Source: Blastocladiella emersonii ATCC 22665 (lineage: Eukaryota > Fungi > Blastocladiomycota). Taken from it: DNA of 64,000 nt. This document shows positions 1 through 9,079 of this stretch, one piece after another; position 1 is the stretch's first letter; every line of letters starts with the position of its first letter. The translations under genes and the position numbers were made by a program. The stretch spans positions 1,612,001 through 1,676,000 of the forward strand of contig JANHCV010000008.1 in the NCBI GenBank assembly GCA_025594325.1. Reading direction: 5' to 3'. Under the pieces are notes generated by a model, which saw nothing but the letters and a program-made list of their open reading frames with translations, did not search any database and was not told the origin of the DNA.

Positions 1-881
1 CGAGCTGGCACGTTAAACTGTTCGTGTGAGAGACCTAAAAAGTCGCTTGCGAGTTTACATGGATGGACGATGAAACACTCTGCATTTGCGCCCTTGACAA
101 GTCGGAGTTCAGCAACGAAGCGAATGGCATTGAAACTGACCTCAAGTTTCAGATCGCCGTCGCTGTTGGGATTAAAGTACCCAGTCACGCTGGCCAGAGT
201 GGATGCAAGTGTTGCCTGCGTATAGAACCCGCGGGGAATCGTGTACTTTGACCGTAACCCAGTGACTTGCCCACTCTTGATTTGATCCAGCGATGTTCCA
301 AGCGGGAACACAGTCATATCCAGGAAGTCGTTTGTTGCGTCGACGCTATAGATGTTGTTCTCTATTGTAAAATCCAAGAGTCGGACGTGCGAGAACCTTG
401 AACCAGGTGGGAGCGGAATACGACCATCCGCCTGGACATCCGCGTTGGTGAAAGTGAAGACGTGCTCCTCAGTGGGATGTGACGCCTGGTGCTGTAGTTC
501 GAGTGCCTTTTGCCGAGCATCAACCGGTGCCGTGTAGACCGCACTTGATACTGTATCGACGGGAACGGCGTCAATGGAGAACGGCATGGTCGCAGTCGCT
601 TCCAGATCACGGCGAGTCACTGTGGGTACGCTCGGAAGTTCCTTGAGCATGCGTCGCTTAGCCTTTGCCTCAGCCGACACTGGGTTCACTGGTCGAAAGA
701 CTTTTTTTGTGCCATCCCTGGAGATACTCACAATCTTCTTGATCTTGAGGACGCGTTTCATGGGCCTTTGCGCAATGGGGATATCGTTCTCCTTGTTTCG
801 GATCCGGTCAGTGTCAGTCTCGGGCCGCGACCCAGTTGGTGCGCGGGACGTTGGACGCGTGCTTGGGCGTTGCCGATTCAT
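1..881 (-). CDS. Minor capsid (penton) protein, PLV/Polinton type, 3'-partial; missing from the supplied ORF track
   Basis: Manual translation from the ATG at 881 stays open to the window edge: MNRQRPSTR...FTIENNIYSVDATNDFLD...YTIPRGFYTQATLASTL. This resembles the 'N.Y.I...N' and 'IP.G.Y....L...L' penton motifs. Basic N-terminal extension. Confidence 0.75.
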   Translation of the reverse strand, partial: MNRQRPSTRPTSRAPTGSRPETDTDRIRNKENDIPIAQRPMKRVLKIKKIVSISRDGTKKVFRPVNPVSAEAKAKRRMLKELPSVPTVTRRDLEATATMPFSIDAVPVDTVSSAVYTAPVDARQKALELQHQASHPTEEHVFTFTNADVQADGRIPLPPGSRFSHVRLLDFTIENNIYSVDATNDFLDMTVFPLGTSLDQIKSGQVTGLRSKYTIPRGFYTQATLASTLASVTGYFNPNSDGDLKLEVSFNAIRFVAELRLVKGANAECFIVHPCKLASDFLGLSHEQFNVPA

Positions 882-899
882 TTACAGTACCCAAGGAAT

Positions 900-1661
900 T
901 TAATTCACGTACTTTTCGAACCGTTTGGTGAGCAGTCTCGCCTTGCTATTCTTGTAATTGACGTGCATGAACGAATAGTCCTCGGCAGTACAGTGATTAT
1001 AGATCTGCAACCACCGGTCCCAAGTCTTGCCACAATGATGCTCCTCGTAAAAGTTTTTCACTTCCTTTTGATTGCCCGTTGAGAACAACAGAAAGTTGGT
1101 TGTGTTGAGACGAAGCGGCTTGGCAAGCTGGAAGTAAGATTGTGTGACGTAGACCGTGGAAATCATGTAGTGTCGCCCGTTCATGACACAATCAATGAGG
1201 ACTTTGCTTTTAAGCACACCCGTTGCCGCGCAATCGTCGAGTACAAGGAGTACGGGCTGTCGATCGCGTTTGGGGATGGCTTTTTGCGACTCGATGAGTT
1301 CGTAGACCACGTTTTCAAAGGTCGCGGCATCCGTATGGACATCCGCCTCGGATGGAACGGTGGGGTCTTCAAGGTCATCGTCTGGGAACAGTCGCGCTTC
1401 GGCCTTGTCTTTGCGGCGGGGCTTTGAGAGGATTCCTGGCGCGAAGATGTGTTTCCACTTCTCGTCGCTTTCAAACGATGGACAGCACACGACAAGCCGG
1501 CTAAACTGGCCCTTGTAAAAGCGTGTGATCATGTTCAGTAGCGTGAGCGTCTTGCCACTTCCACGACATGCTACGATCGCACACGAAAAGCACACTTTGG
1601 GGATGAGCGAGTCCGGGCCCTTGGCGTCGCCCTTTTCTCGTAACGGTTTGATTTCGAACAT
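900..1661 (-). CDS. A32-like DNA packaging ATPase (FtsK-HerA superfamily)
   Basis: Walker A ACRGSGKT, Walker B LLVLDD, and the A32-type segment GRHYMISTVYVTQSYFQLAKPLRLN. Confidence 0.93.
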   Translation of the reverse strand: MFEIKPLREKGDAKGPDSLIPKVCFSCAIVACRGSGKTLTLLNMITRFYKGQFSRLVVCCPSFESDEKWKHIFAPGILSKPRRKDKAEARLFPDDDLEDPTVPSEADVHTDAATFENVVYELIESQKAIPKRDRQPVLLVLDDCAATGVLKSKVLIDCVMNGRHYMISTVYVTQSYFQLAKPLRLNTTNFLLFSTGNQKEVKNFYEEHHCGKTWDRWLQIYNHCTAEDYSFMHVNYKNSKARLLTKRFEKYVN

Positions 1662-1676
1662 CTTTACGGTATACCA

Positions 1677-1769
1677 TCAAAAGTATTTGCGTTTGAGCCA
1701 CAGAGCACACTGGACACACTCTACGGCGAGAACGTATCCGCCAAAATACATTAAAGCAGTTGAGAACAT
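1677..1769 (-). CDS. Possible 30-aa hydrophobic micro-protein (MFSTALMYFGGYVLAVECVQCALWLKRKYF)
   Basis: ATG-to-TGA ORF that fills the gap between two viral genes. Hydrophobic stretch followed by a basic tail. Below the ORF-track cutoff. Confidence 0.4.
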   Translation of the reverse strand: MFSTALMYFGGYVLAVECVQCALWLKRKYF

Positions 1770-1798
1770 GACTGATTTAATGTGTGATGAGAAAATAT

Positions 1799-2104
1799 TT
1801 AGGCGCCTTCTGAAAGCGCTCGGTCTATAGCGTGCCCTACGTGGGCAATACTGTCAAGAATCGGATCAACGCGGAGAATGGCTTCCTCAGCCAGGCCGCT
1901 TGCAAGGTTCACGCCAGCTGCAATGTCGCGAAGGACGGGAATCGGAAGACTCGAGATCATGCCGCTGTAGTACTTGGTATTATGTATAACGGGCGAGACT
2001 TTCTCGTGGAGAATGCGTTTCCCATAGTCGATACCAGTAACGAGCGCTTTGGCGGCAATCCCCGCGTATCCTTTCAAGTTATTCCAAGCGTTTGCAAACC
2101 ACAT
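1799..2104 (-). CDS. Small candidate virion protein with N-terminal amphipathic helix (adenovirus pVI-like, putative membrane-lytic)
   Basis: MWFANAWNNLKGYAGIAAKALVTGIDYGKRIL shows amphipathic periodicity. Located in the virion module. Function is inferred. Confidence 0.55.
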   Translation of the reverse strand: MWFANAWNNLKGYAGIAAKALVTGIDYGKRILHEKVSPVIHNTKYYSGMISSLPIPVLRDIAAGVNLASGLAEEAILRVDPILDSIAHVGHAIDRALSEGA

Positions 2105-2119
2105 TGTTTAACTATAGGC

Positions 2120-2650
2120 TCAGGAAAAAAGATGCGAAAAGTCTTGCACTGCAGATTTGGGCTGACGGGGATTCTGGAGTCGTTTTGGTTTGGCAGCGGG
2201 TTTGGGCACAGGTTTGGGCGGCGGGTCATCATACGAGCTCTCTGACTCGGATTCCGAGACATACACGACGCGTTGGCGCTGTTTCTTGGGCTTGGGCTTG
2301 TACACGACAATTTCTTCCTCCGATTCCGACTCGGACACTTGCACAGCCGCTTTCTTGGAAGCGATCCGAGTAGCGAGTTCCTTGAGCTTGGTCTTTTGTG
2401 CGGCAGCGAGGTCTTTCTTGCGTTGGGCCAGATTGGCGGCACGGACTTCGCGTGCTTTCGCCAGTGCATCCAGTCGCCGCTGCTTGATCACGTCCGGATC
2501 AGTTTCTTTAGGGAGTGCACTGCCGCCACGTTTCTGTTTCCACAGTTTCGCATTCTTGATTTCAGAAAGAACTTCCTCAACCGAGGCATCTGAGGTATCT
2601 GTCGCGGATGTTTCAAGGATGGGCTCCTCTACGGGCTGAGTGCGCGGCAT
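2120..2650 (-). CDS. Charged low-complexity viral protein (candidate core/DNA-binding)
   Basis: 176 aa with an RLDALAKAREVRAANL helix, K/R-rich and SESESE-rich tracts. Starts at GTAAATG. Confidence 0.65.
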   Translation of the reverse strand: MPRTQPVEEPILETSATDTSDASVEEVLSEIKNAKLWKQKRGGSALPKETDPDVIKQRRLDALAKAREVRAANLAQRKKDLAAAQKTKLKELATRIASKKAAVQVSESESEEEIVVYKPKPKKQRQRVVYVSESESESSYDDPPPKPVPKPAAKPKRLQNPRQPKSAVQDFSHLFS

Positions 2651-2675
2651 TTACAGTATCCTCAGAAAAAGATTT

Positions 2676-2927
2676 CTACGACGCAGTCTTCGTTTTCAGT
2701 TTCAAGAGCATTCGCTGTCTGATCTGAGAAATGTTTTCTTTGTGCGGGTCACTTGTGTGTTGGCGAACCAGGTCTTGCATCTTACGGAGACGCTTTGCCT
2801 GTCGTTTTCCAGAGATTTGGTTTTCTACCGGTTCCACGGGCCGTTCCTGAAGCGAAAAGGCAATGGACACGTCGTCGCTAATCGTATTCCGTGGGTCGTT
2901 GATCAGGACAAGCTCGGACAAATCCAT
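2676..2927 (-). CDS. Hypothetical viral protein (83 aa)
   Basis: Co-oriented with and tightly packed against its neighbours; preceded by GTAAAG. Confidence 0.6.
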   Translation of the reverse strand: MDLSELVLINDPRNTISDDVSIAFSLQERPVEPVENQISGKRQAKRLRKMQDLVRQHTSDPHKENISQIRQRMLLKLKTKTAS

Positions 2928-2953
2928 CTTTACTGAAGCCCGTCAAAAAGATT

Positions 2954-3733
2954 TCAAGTACTTGTGCGGCCGAAGGGCACTTTACAGACGTCCAAGAGCA
3001 CTCGGACAAAGAACTGGTACCCAGACATGTCCTTGACAATGGTCATGGTGATCCGGTTTTGCTCGTTTTTATCAAACTCGACAGAATGGGCTGCAGTATC
3101 GAGATGAAGGCGGTGGCGGTAGATATCGCGAAAGTACACTTGGCATCCCACAATGTGGTTCAGATCCGGAGTTGGGAGGATATTGGTGATGTCGAAAGTG
3201 TGCTGCGACTCGGACAGCGTCATGTCGTAATCGAGCAAAACGCGTTTGATGGGCAGGCTATGGGAACCAAAGTAATCGGCCTCCACGGTTCCGTCCATGC
3301 GAGCGTCGCCCTTGACGTAGAACGCGTTTTCGTCTGGCGGTGGGCCATTGTGCAGGATACTGAGGCCGTGATACGACAGATTCGTGACAACTTCAGGCGG
3401 ATCGTCGCTACGGCCAGGCGGAGCAACGTACTGGCAAACCTTTACGGTGCCGTTACCCATGTCTTCGGCCTCCATTGCGTACTGCGGACCACCTGGTCGG
3501 TACCGCCATGGCGACATTGCAAATCGCGTAGTTTCTCCTTCACCGCCTGGTCCTGTAATGCTAAACACGGCGCCGTCTTCCTTGGTATTTGAGTGCAGTC
3601 GCAGTACGGCGTCAGTTTCAATATCGACACTTCCATTGGCAAGTTGGATCGTGAGGTCTTGGTGGCGCTGGTCCATGACCTGGGACGAGAGCGTTCGGAC
3701 GCGGAGTGAGCCGTTTGCAGTTGTGGATGCCAT
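2954..3733 (-). CDS. Hypothetical viral protein (259 aa), beta-rich, possibly fibre- or capsid-associated
   Basis: Clean ORF starting at GTAAATG, divergent from the fibre gene. The FYVKGDARMDGTVEAD segment resembles fibre shaft repeats. Confidence 0.65.
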   Translation of the reverse strand: MASTTANGSLRVRTLSSQVMDQRHQDLTIQLANGSVDIETDAVLRLHSNTKEDGAVFSITGPGGEGETTRFAMSPWRYRPGGPQYAMEAEDMGNGTVKVCQYVAPPGRSDDPPEVVTNLSYHGLSILHNGPPPDENAFYVKGDARMDGTVEADYFGSHSLPIKRVLLDYDMTLSESQHTFDITNILPTPDLNHIVGCQVYFRDIYRHRLHLDTAAHSVEFDKNEQNRITMTIVKDMSGYQFFVRVLLDVCKVPFGRTST

Positions 3734-3782
3734 TTACTTGAACGCACGATTTTAAATTCAGCGGCGTGGGCAGTGATCGGCG

Positions 3783-3798
3783 ACATCCCCAGGGATGC
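3783..3798. promoter_or_regulatory. Dyad ACATCCC-CA-GGGATGC in the divergent intergenic region; recurs at 6901, 9190, 12454 and 12482
   Basis: Palindrome with a 2-bp spacer. The 16-mer at 3783 is the exact reverse complement of 12454-12469. Function unknown. Confidence 0.5.
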
Positions 3799-3848
3799 CC
3801 GTGTCAGCGTACGGTCATGTCGTGCATTTTTATCTCTCCAAAGTGTAA

Positions 3849-6494
3849 ATGGACTTGAACACGCGAAACATCTTTGGGTACGCACCTGGTACCGGTACTC
3901 CAACTGTGGTCGCCGATCCGGTGGCCATTGACAGCGTCTCAAACCTTGCAACAAAGGCGTACTGTAACGCCAACTCTGGAGTGGCTGCGGGGACCAACAT
4001 CGTTGTTACTGGCAAGACCGTTGCAGTGAGTGACCTACCTGGATTCTCCCAAGTCACGCTATCTGAGCCACCCACACTTCCAACGCATGCCGTGACCAAG
4101 GCCCACCTTGAATCAAAACTTTCAAACGTGATTGGCGCAGGTCCTGGTGTGAATGTCATTGGAAACGTCGTATCGGTAAAGGTGGACGACGCGACGCTTG
4201 GAGTTGGGGCACAGGGAATCTATGTCAAGTCCGGTCTTGCAGCTGGATCAGTGACGTCTGCGGCGATTCAAGATGGTTCGGTGACCACGGCAAAGCTGGT
4301 CGATGCATCTGTCACGCCTGAGAAACTCACAAGTGTGCCATGGACAAAAGTTACGGCTCCGCGGATCACAAACGCCATGCTGGCTGAACCCGTTGCCGAC
4401 GCAAACATTGCCAGCGTTTCAGCGACCAAGGTCGTGGGCCAATTTGCACAGAGTCAGCTCCCAAACACGATCGACGCGGGCCGAATCGGCGGTACACTTG
4501 CCGCGGCTAATCTCCCTTTGACTATTGACGCTGGCAAACTCACTGGATTGGTTCCGGTGTCGTGTCTTCCCGCAACGACATCGACAGCTGCATCGACCAT
4601 CACTGGACTCATCACCGACTCCCAAATCGCCGGAGTGTCCGCATCCAAGGTTTCGGGCGTACTTGCTGCTGCGAACATCCCCACGGTATTCTCAGGGATG
4701 ATTGCCTCCCTTGAAACGACCAAGTTGAACGGGCAGATCACAAATGCCCAAATCGGTGCCGTAGATGCTGCAAAGATTACGACTGGAACCATTGACTTGG
4801 CTCGACTCCCTGATGTTTCAAACAAAGTTGGTTCTCTGTCCGGCCTTGCACTTGTTGATGCATCTGTTTCGGATGCCAAACTTGTGAGTGTTTCTGGTGG
4901 AAAGCTCGTTGCGGGTTCAGTAGGTACATCAGCACTCGCTGACTTGGCTGTTTCGAACGCCAAACTTGCAACGGGAATCGACGGCGCCAAAGTCACGGCC
5001 GGATCTATTGGCAATGTCCAACTCGCAAGCGGTGCTGTCTCGGACATCAAGGTCGCGGACGTTTCTGCCGCAAAGCTGACAGGTACACTCGATGTTGCAC
5101 GCATTGCTGACGGTTCGATTGGCAATCTCAAACTCGCAACGGGAATTGATGGCGCCAAAGTCACGGCCGGATCTATTGGCAATGCCCAACTCGCAAGCGG
5201 TGCTGTCTCGGACATCAAGGTCGCGGACGTTTCGGCTTCCAAGCTCACTGGCACACTCGATGTTGCACGAATTGCGGACGGTTCGATTGGCAATCTCAAA
5301 CTTGCAATGGGTATTGATGGCGCCAAAGTCTCGGCCGGATCCATTGGAAATAGCCAGCTTGCAAGCGGTGCTGTCTCGGACATCAAAGTCGCGGACGTTT
5401 CCGCTACAAAGCTCACTGGAACTCTGGACGTGGCACGTATCGCGGACGGTTCTATCGGGAATCTCAAACTGGCCACAGGAATTGACGCTACGAAACTCGC
5501 AGGAACCATCGACATTGCCCGTCTTCCCGATATTTCCTCAAAAGTGACATCCGTGAGCGCATCCGCACTAACAGGCACAGTGCCTCAATCCGCACTTGGA
5601 CTTGGCGCGACGTTTGCGTTTACGAATACGACGGATAGCACATCGACTTCATCTGGTGCGATCACGATTAACGGCGGACTTGGAGTGAATAAACAACTGT
5701 CCGTGCCCAACATTCTGGTCCGAAACTTTACGAGCGCGAATATGGTCTTTGACAGTGCGGTAAACACGCTGACGTACGTCGACTTTAAACAAGCTGGCGT
5801 CATCAAGAACAATCTCGCATGTACTGCCGCAGGGAATCTCGAACTCGCATCCGCAACGACGGGCGGCGTATCCCTGGCAGCTGGCGGTGGGAACGTGGTC
5901 ATCGGATCAGCGACCCTTGGAACAGAAAAACTTCGAGTCAACGGCACTGGTCGGTTCACTGGCCAACTCACACTCGACCTTGCTCCAGTGGCGGGCACAG
6001 ATGCCGCGAATAAAGCGTACGTCGATAATCTCATGGCTACAAATCGGTGGGGACAGGTTCTCATCAACTCGGCGAGTTTGTCGTTTTTATCCGGACAATC
6101 CCAGGTCATCACGGGCGCAAACAGTCAAGGCGCGGCGATCGTAAACTCGACAAGTCCCGGGTTCCTGGGTCTTGGAGCAACCAACGGCTGTTTCACTGTC
6201 AGCGCAACGGGATGGTACGCACTACGCAGTCAGGGCTGGTACACGCAGGGAAGTACGGTCACGGAGCACATCGCGACTTACTCGCTGTATAATGCCACCG
6301 ACTCGACGGTAGCGGGTAAGGACTACATTGGACTGCTGGCACGAGCTCTCTGTAAGTTCGCGTCGGATCAATACATGGGAGGCAGTGCTACAGTGTACCT
6401 TGAAGCCGGAAAGCAGTACGGGTTCACGTGGTCTTCCACCGTTTCCATGACCCAATCCGTTCACGTCACTCTTGACCTCTTCTTTATGCGCTGA
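3849..6494 (+). CDS. Fibre/receptor-binding-like protein (881 aa) with internal repeats and a C1q/TNF-like C-terminal head
   Basis: ATKAYC, AVTKAHLE and DAANKAYVD fibre-type motifs; many I.A.K[VIL]TG repeats; C-terminal FTVSATGWY...VYLEAGKQY beta domain. Confidence 0.7.
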   Translation: MDLNTRNIFGYAPGTGTPTVVADPVAIDSVSNLATKAYCNANSGVAAGTNIVVTGKTVAVSDLPGFSQVTLSEPPTLPTHAVTKAHLESKLSNVIGAGPGVNVIGNVVSVKVDDATLGVGAQGIYVKSGLAAGSVTSAAIQDGSVTTAKLVDASVTPEKLTSVPWTKVTAPRITNAMLAEPVADANIASVSATKVVGQFAQSQLPNTIDAGRIGGTLAAANLPLTIDAGKLTGLVPVSCLPATTSTAASTITGLITDSQIAGVSASKVSGVLAAANIPTVFSGMIASLETTKLNGQITNAQIGAVDAAKITTGTIDLARLPDVSNKVGSLSGLALVDASVSDAKLVSVSGGKLVAGSVGTSALADLAVSNAKLATGIDGAKVTAGSIGNVQLASGAVSDIKVADVSAAKLTGTLDVARIADGSIGNLKLATGIDGAKVTAGSIGNAQLASGAVSDIKVADVSASKLTGTLDVARIADGSIGNLKLAMGIDGAKVSAGSIGNSQLASGAVSDIKVADVSATKLTGTLDVARIADGSIGNLKLATGIDATKLAGTIDIARLPDISSKVTSVSASALTGTVPQSALGLGATFAFTNTTDSTSTSSGAITINGGLGVNKQLSVPNILVRNFTSANMVFDSAVNTLTYVDFKQAGVIKNNLACTAAGNLELASATTGGVSLAAGGGNVVIGSATLGTEKLRVNGTGRFTGQLTLDLAPVAGTDAANKAYVDNLMATNRWGQVLINSASLSFLSGQSQVITGANSQGAAIVNSTSPGFLGLGATNGCFTVSATGWYALRSQGWYTQGSTVTEHIATYSLYNATDSTVAGKDYIGLLARALCKFASDQYMGGSATVYLEAGKQYGFTWSSTVSMTQSVHVTLDLFFMR
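4977..5480 (+). repeat. Three tandem 168-bp (56-aa) coding repeats in the fibre gene
   Basis: IDGAKVTAGSIGN.QLASGAVSDIKVADVSA.KLTGTLDVARIADGSIGNLKLA.G starts at 4977, 5145 and 5313. Confidence 0.95.
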
Positions 6495-6495
6495 T

Positions 6496-7607
6496 TCAGT
6501 GGCGCACCGTACCCCTAAATCGACCAGGTTCGCGTCGATCACGTTCCGGCGGCTTGCGTGGCTCGATTGGCTGCTTAGTGCGCGTCTGTGGTGCTGGTCG
6601 CTGTGGCGCAACGCGTCCCGGCGGCTCACGTGATACTGAAACGGGCTGGAGATCAGTTCGAGAGTAAAACCCGACGCGACCGGCGACTTTATAGCTCGGA
6701 TTACTCACCCCCGAACCCTTGCGGACTTTGGTGACTTGGTGCAATGTGTCGCTCCACACCGGCTTTCCCTTGGACTCTCACTGGGTCTTGTACGGAATGC
6801 GCACGCGAACGAGCTGGCCGACTTTCAGCAACGCGCTCAGTGGATCACCCTCTCTGGTTTGCCCCGAGCGGCACGGATGGCTTTGAGCTCTGTCTTGGCG
6901 ACATCCCTGGGGATGTTGTCGTAGGCGTTCGGCGCTTTACCCGTCCCACGACTCTTGGACTTGTTGATCACGTCCTCGATTACCTTGAGGTGTTTTGGCC
7001 AGTCGTTGTTGCCTTCAATCGACATCCACGGGATGAGCATTGACTTGATTGTACGATTCATTCGTTCTGCAACTCCCTGGCCTTGGGGCACTCCGGGTTT
7101 GCCTTTAATGTGCTTCACAGTGGTCCCGGCCACAATGGTTGCAAACTCTGTCCCGTTATCCGTCTGGATCGTAGCGGGATTCAAATTGTGTTCCTCTACG
7201 ACCTTGTCCCAGATTGCCCGCACGTTGGCCGCTTCGCGTTTCTTTACGGGTCGGAGATAGACTTTACGCGTGGCAAGGTCGACAGCGACGAGAATTGCAG
7301 TGTAACCGTTAAAGTGCTTTGCTTCGCCCATGATAATCGAGTCCATCTGGAAGTTGCGGCCGGGACTAACGGACGAGATCACACGAATGTCGCGGTGCTT
7401 GTACTTGGGCTGTTTATATTGCTGCCACACTGATTGCTCTCCAAGCCATTTTTCGAGTTGGGCTCGGTAGATGTGCTGCCCTGTACTTTCCGCGGTGATG
7501 ATATCAAATAATCGCCTGATGCCGACGCCAACGTGGCCCTTTTTATAGCACAGGTTGCTCAAATACTCTGATTGAGCATCCGTAAGTGGTTCTTCGTGCG
7601 GATACAT
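6496..7607 (-). pseudogene. Polinton-type rve (DDE) integrase with C-terminal frameshift and premature stop
   Basis: The core 6837-7607 has QMDS, QTDNGTEF and AERMNRTIK. The C-terminal domain LKVGQLVRVR...PVWSDTLHQVTKV...FYSRTDLQPV continues in another frame after a shift near 6850-6855, with an in-frame TGA at 6778-6780. It ends 1 bp from the stop of the fibre gene. Confidence 0.88.
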
Positions 7608-7631
7608 TATATTAACAAGGAGAAATATCCA

Positions 7632-8984
7632 TCAGTTCTTGCCGACCATGTACGTGTCGACGTGAACGCCCACGGAATGACCCATGGCATGGGCGCGAGC
7701 CTTGATCTCGTTGTACGCCTTCGTGTTCTCAGGCGCGCTGATCCGGCGCAGCTTCTGGACTCCAACGTCAAGTCCAACGAGCTTGCCACTGCGGCCAACG
7801 TCTTGGCACCACTTCTTGCACAGCGCCTCGGCGTCATCAATGCTGTCGGCAAACACGAAATCAAAGCCCTGGTCGCGGCGGTACTTGATAAACTTGGCGA
7901 GCATGTTAGCCTGGTCGTCGGCAACGCGGTGCTTGAAGTCGTATCCGCGGCCGGCCGTCTTGATCACAATGGGACCGTAAATGAGCTTCGTCTCAGGGTC
8001 GTAGTGCGGGAAGTGGTCCGTCTTATCCACAGTGAGGAATGCGAGGTCACTGCGAACCGTAGTCAGAGTCTGGAGGTAAAGCTGCAGCTGGTGGACCTTG
8101 CTGGCGAGGCTGACTTCCTTGTCCAGCGTCCAGTCAAACTTCTCGTTGATCGCCTTCAGAACCTCAGCCTGAGTGGGCAGCGTGCCGGCTTCCTCCTTGT
8201 TGCGGGCCTCGCGCTTCTGCTTACGAAGCTCCTGGGCGTGCTTCGAGTACTGATCAGCAAGCTCATTGTCGCCGTTCCAGTTGCAGTACACGCTGAGCCA
8301 CTTGGCCGTGTCCAACTGGAGCGCATCCGGCGGGTTGTTCTTTCCCTTTTTGTTGTCCCACTTGACCATGGCGGCCTTCACAGCATCCACGTTGTGCATC
8401 GAGACGCCTGAAGCCATGAACTTGGTGAGAATGCGGTTCGCCGTCGCTTTATCAGTATCGCTGCGCTTCCCGACTTCCTTGTTGGCCTTGATGATGTCCG
8501 CGTTCTTGAACTCCTCAATCGACTTGGCTGTGATCGTCTCGAACTTGAGCTTCTTTGCGGGGCGCTCCGGCACGGTGGTCTCAGACGCGTCGCTCATGAC
8601 CACGTCCGCGGACGAGTGATCAGCCGCGTGATCCGAGTCACGTGACGTGTCGTCACCGCCATTGCCGGGCACGGTCGACGCCTCTTGCTCCATCTCATTG
8701 TAGGGGCGCTTCAGCGCGCGGCGACAATGCGAGTCCAGAACCAGCTTGAAATCCCGAACGTGCAAAACACAGTCAAAAACTTGATCATTCACATTAGACA
8801 TGCCTATAAGCAGCGTATCAGACTGAGCCTCAATGACTTTGAAGCGTGGGGCGAGCTCAGCCACGTGGCTTGCGATCGCTTGCTGCTGAGCCTTGATGGC
8901 TTGGAGGCGGGGCTCAAGCGCGCCCATGAACTCCTTGGTGGCTTGAGCGAGGATGTCCTTGACCAGAAGCTCGAACGACGCCAT
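7632..8984 (-). CDS. Tyrosine recombinase, PLV/virophage-type, with coiled-coil and acidic N-terminal extension
   Basis: Catalytic-like residues in order: TVRSDL (R), VIKT (K), QKLRRI (xxLR), AMGHSVGVHVDTY (H...Y at the usual spacing). Confidence 0.8.
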   Translation of the reverse strand: MASFELLVKDILAQATKEFMGALEPRLQAIKAQQQAIASHVAELAPRFKVIEAQSDTLLIGMSNVNDQVFDCVLHVRDFKLVLDSHCRRALKRPYNEMEQEASTVPGNGGDDTSRDSDHAADHSSADVVMSDASETTVPERPAKKLKFETITAKSIEEFKNADIIKANKEVGKRSDTDKATANRILTKFMASGVSMHNVDAVKAAMVKWDNKKGKNNPPDALQLDTAKWLSVYCNWNGDNELADQYSKHAQELRKQKREARNKEEAGTLPTQAEVLKAINEKFDWTLDKEVSLASKVHQLQLYLQTLTTVRSDLAFLTVDKTDHFPHYDPETKLIYGPIVIKTAGRGYDFKHRVADDQANMLAKFIKYRRDQGFDFVFADSIDDAEALCKKWCQDVGRSGKLVGLDVGVQKLRRISAPENTKAYNEIKARAHAMGHSVGVHVDTYMVGKN

Positions 8985-9079
8985 TGTGCTTTACTACAGA
9001 GCAGGCAAAAAAGGTACGCGGGGATGTCCGCGTTTTATACGTTTGGCGTTATCGCTAAAAGTTTTCGCGCCTGTTGCTA

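Noticed and set aside
4454-5578. 374-aa antisense ORF, and similar shadow ORFs such as 7572-8411, 11113-11913 and 23274-23906
   Set aside because: They lie opposite well-supported genes and are explained by GC-rich codon bias.
6778-6855. Programmed frameshift or TGA recoding in the integrase
   Set aside because: There is no canonical slippery heptamer, two separate lesions would both need bypassing, and TGA terminates several neighbouring viral genes.
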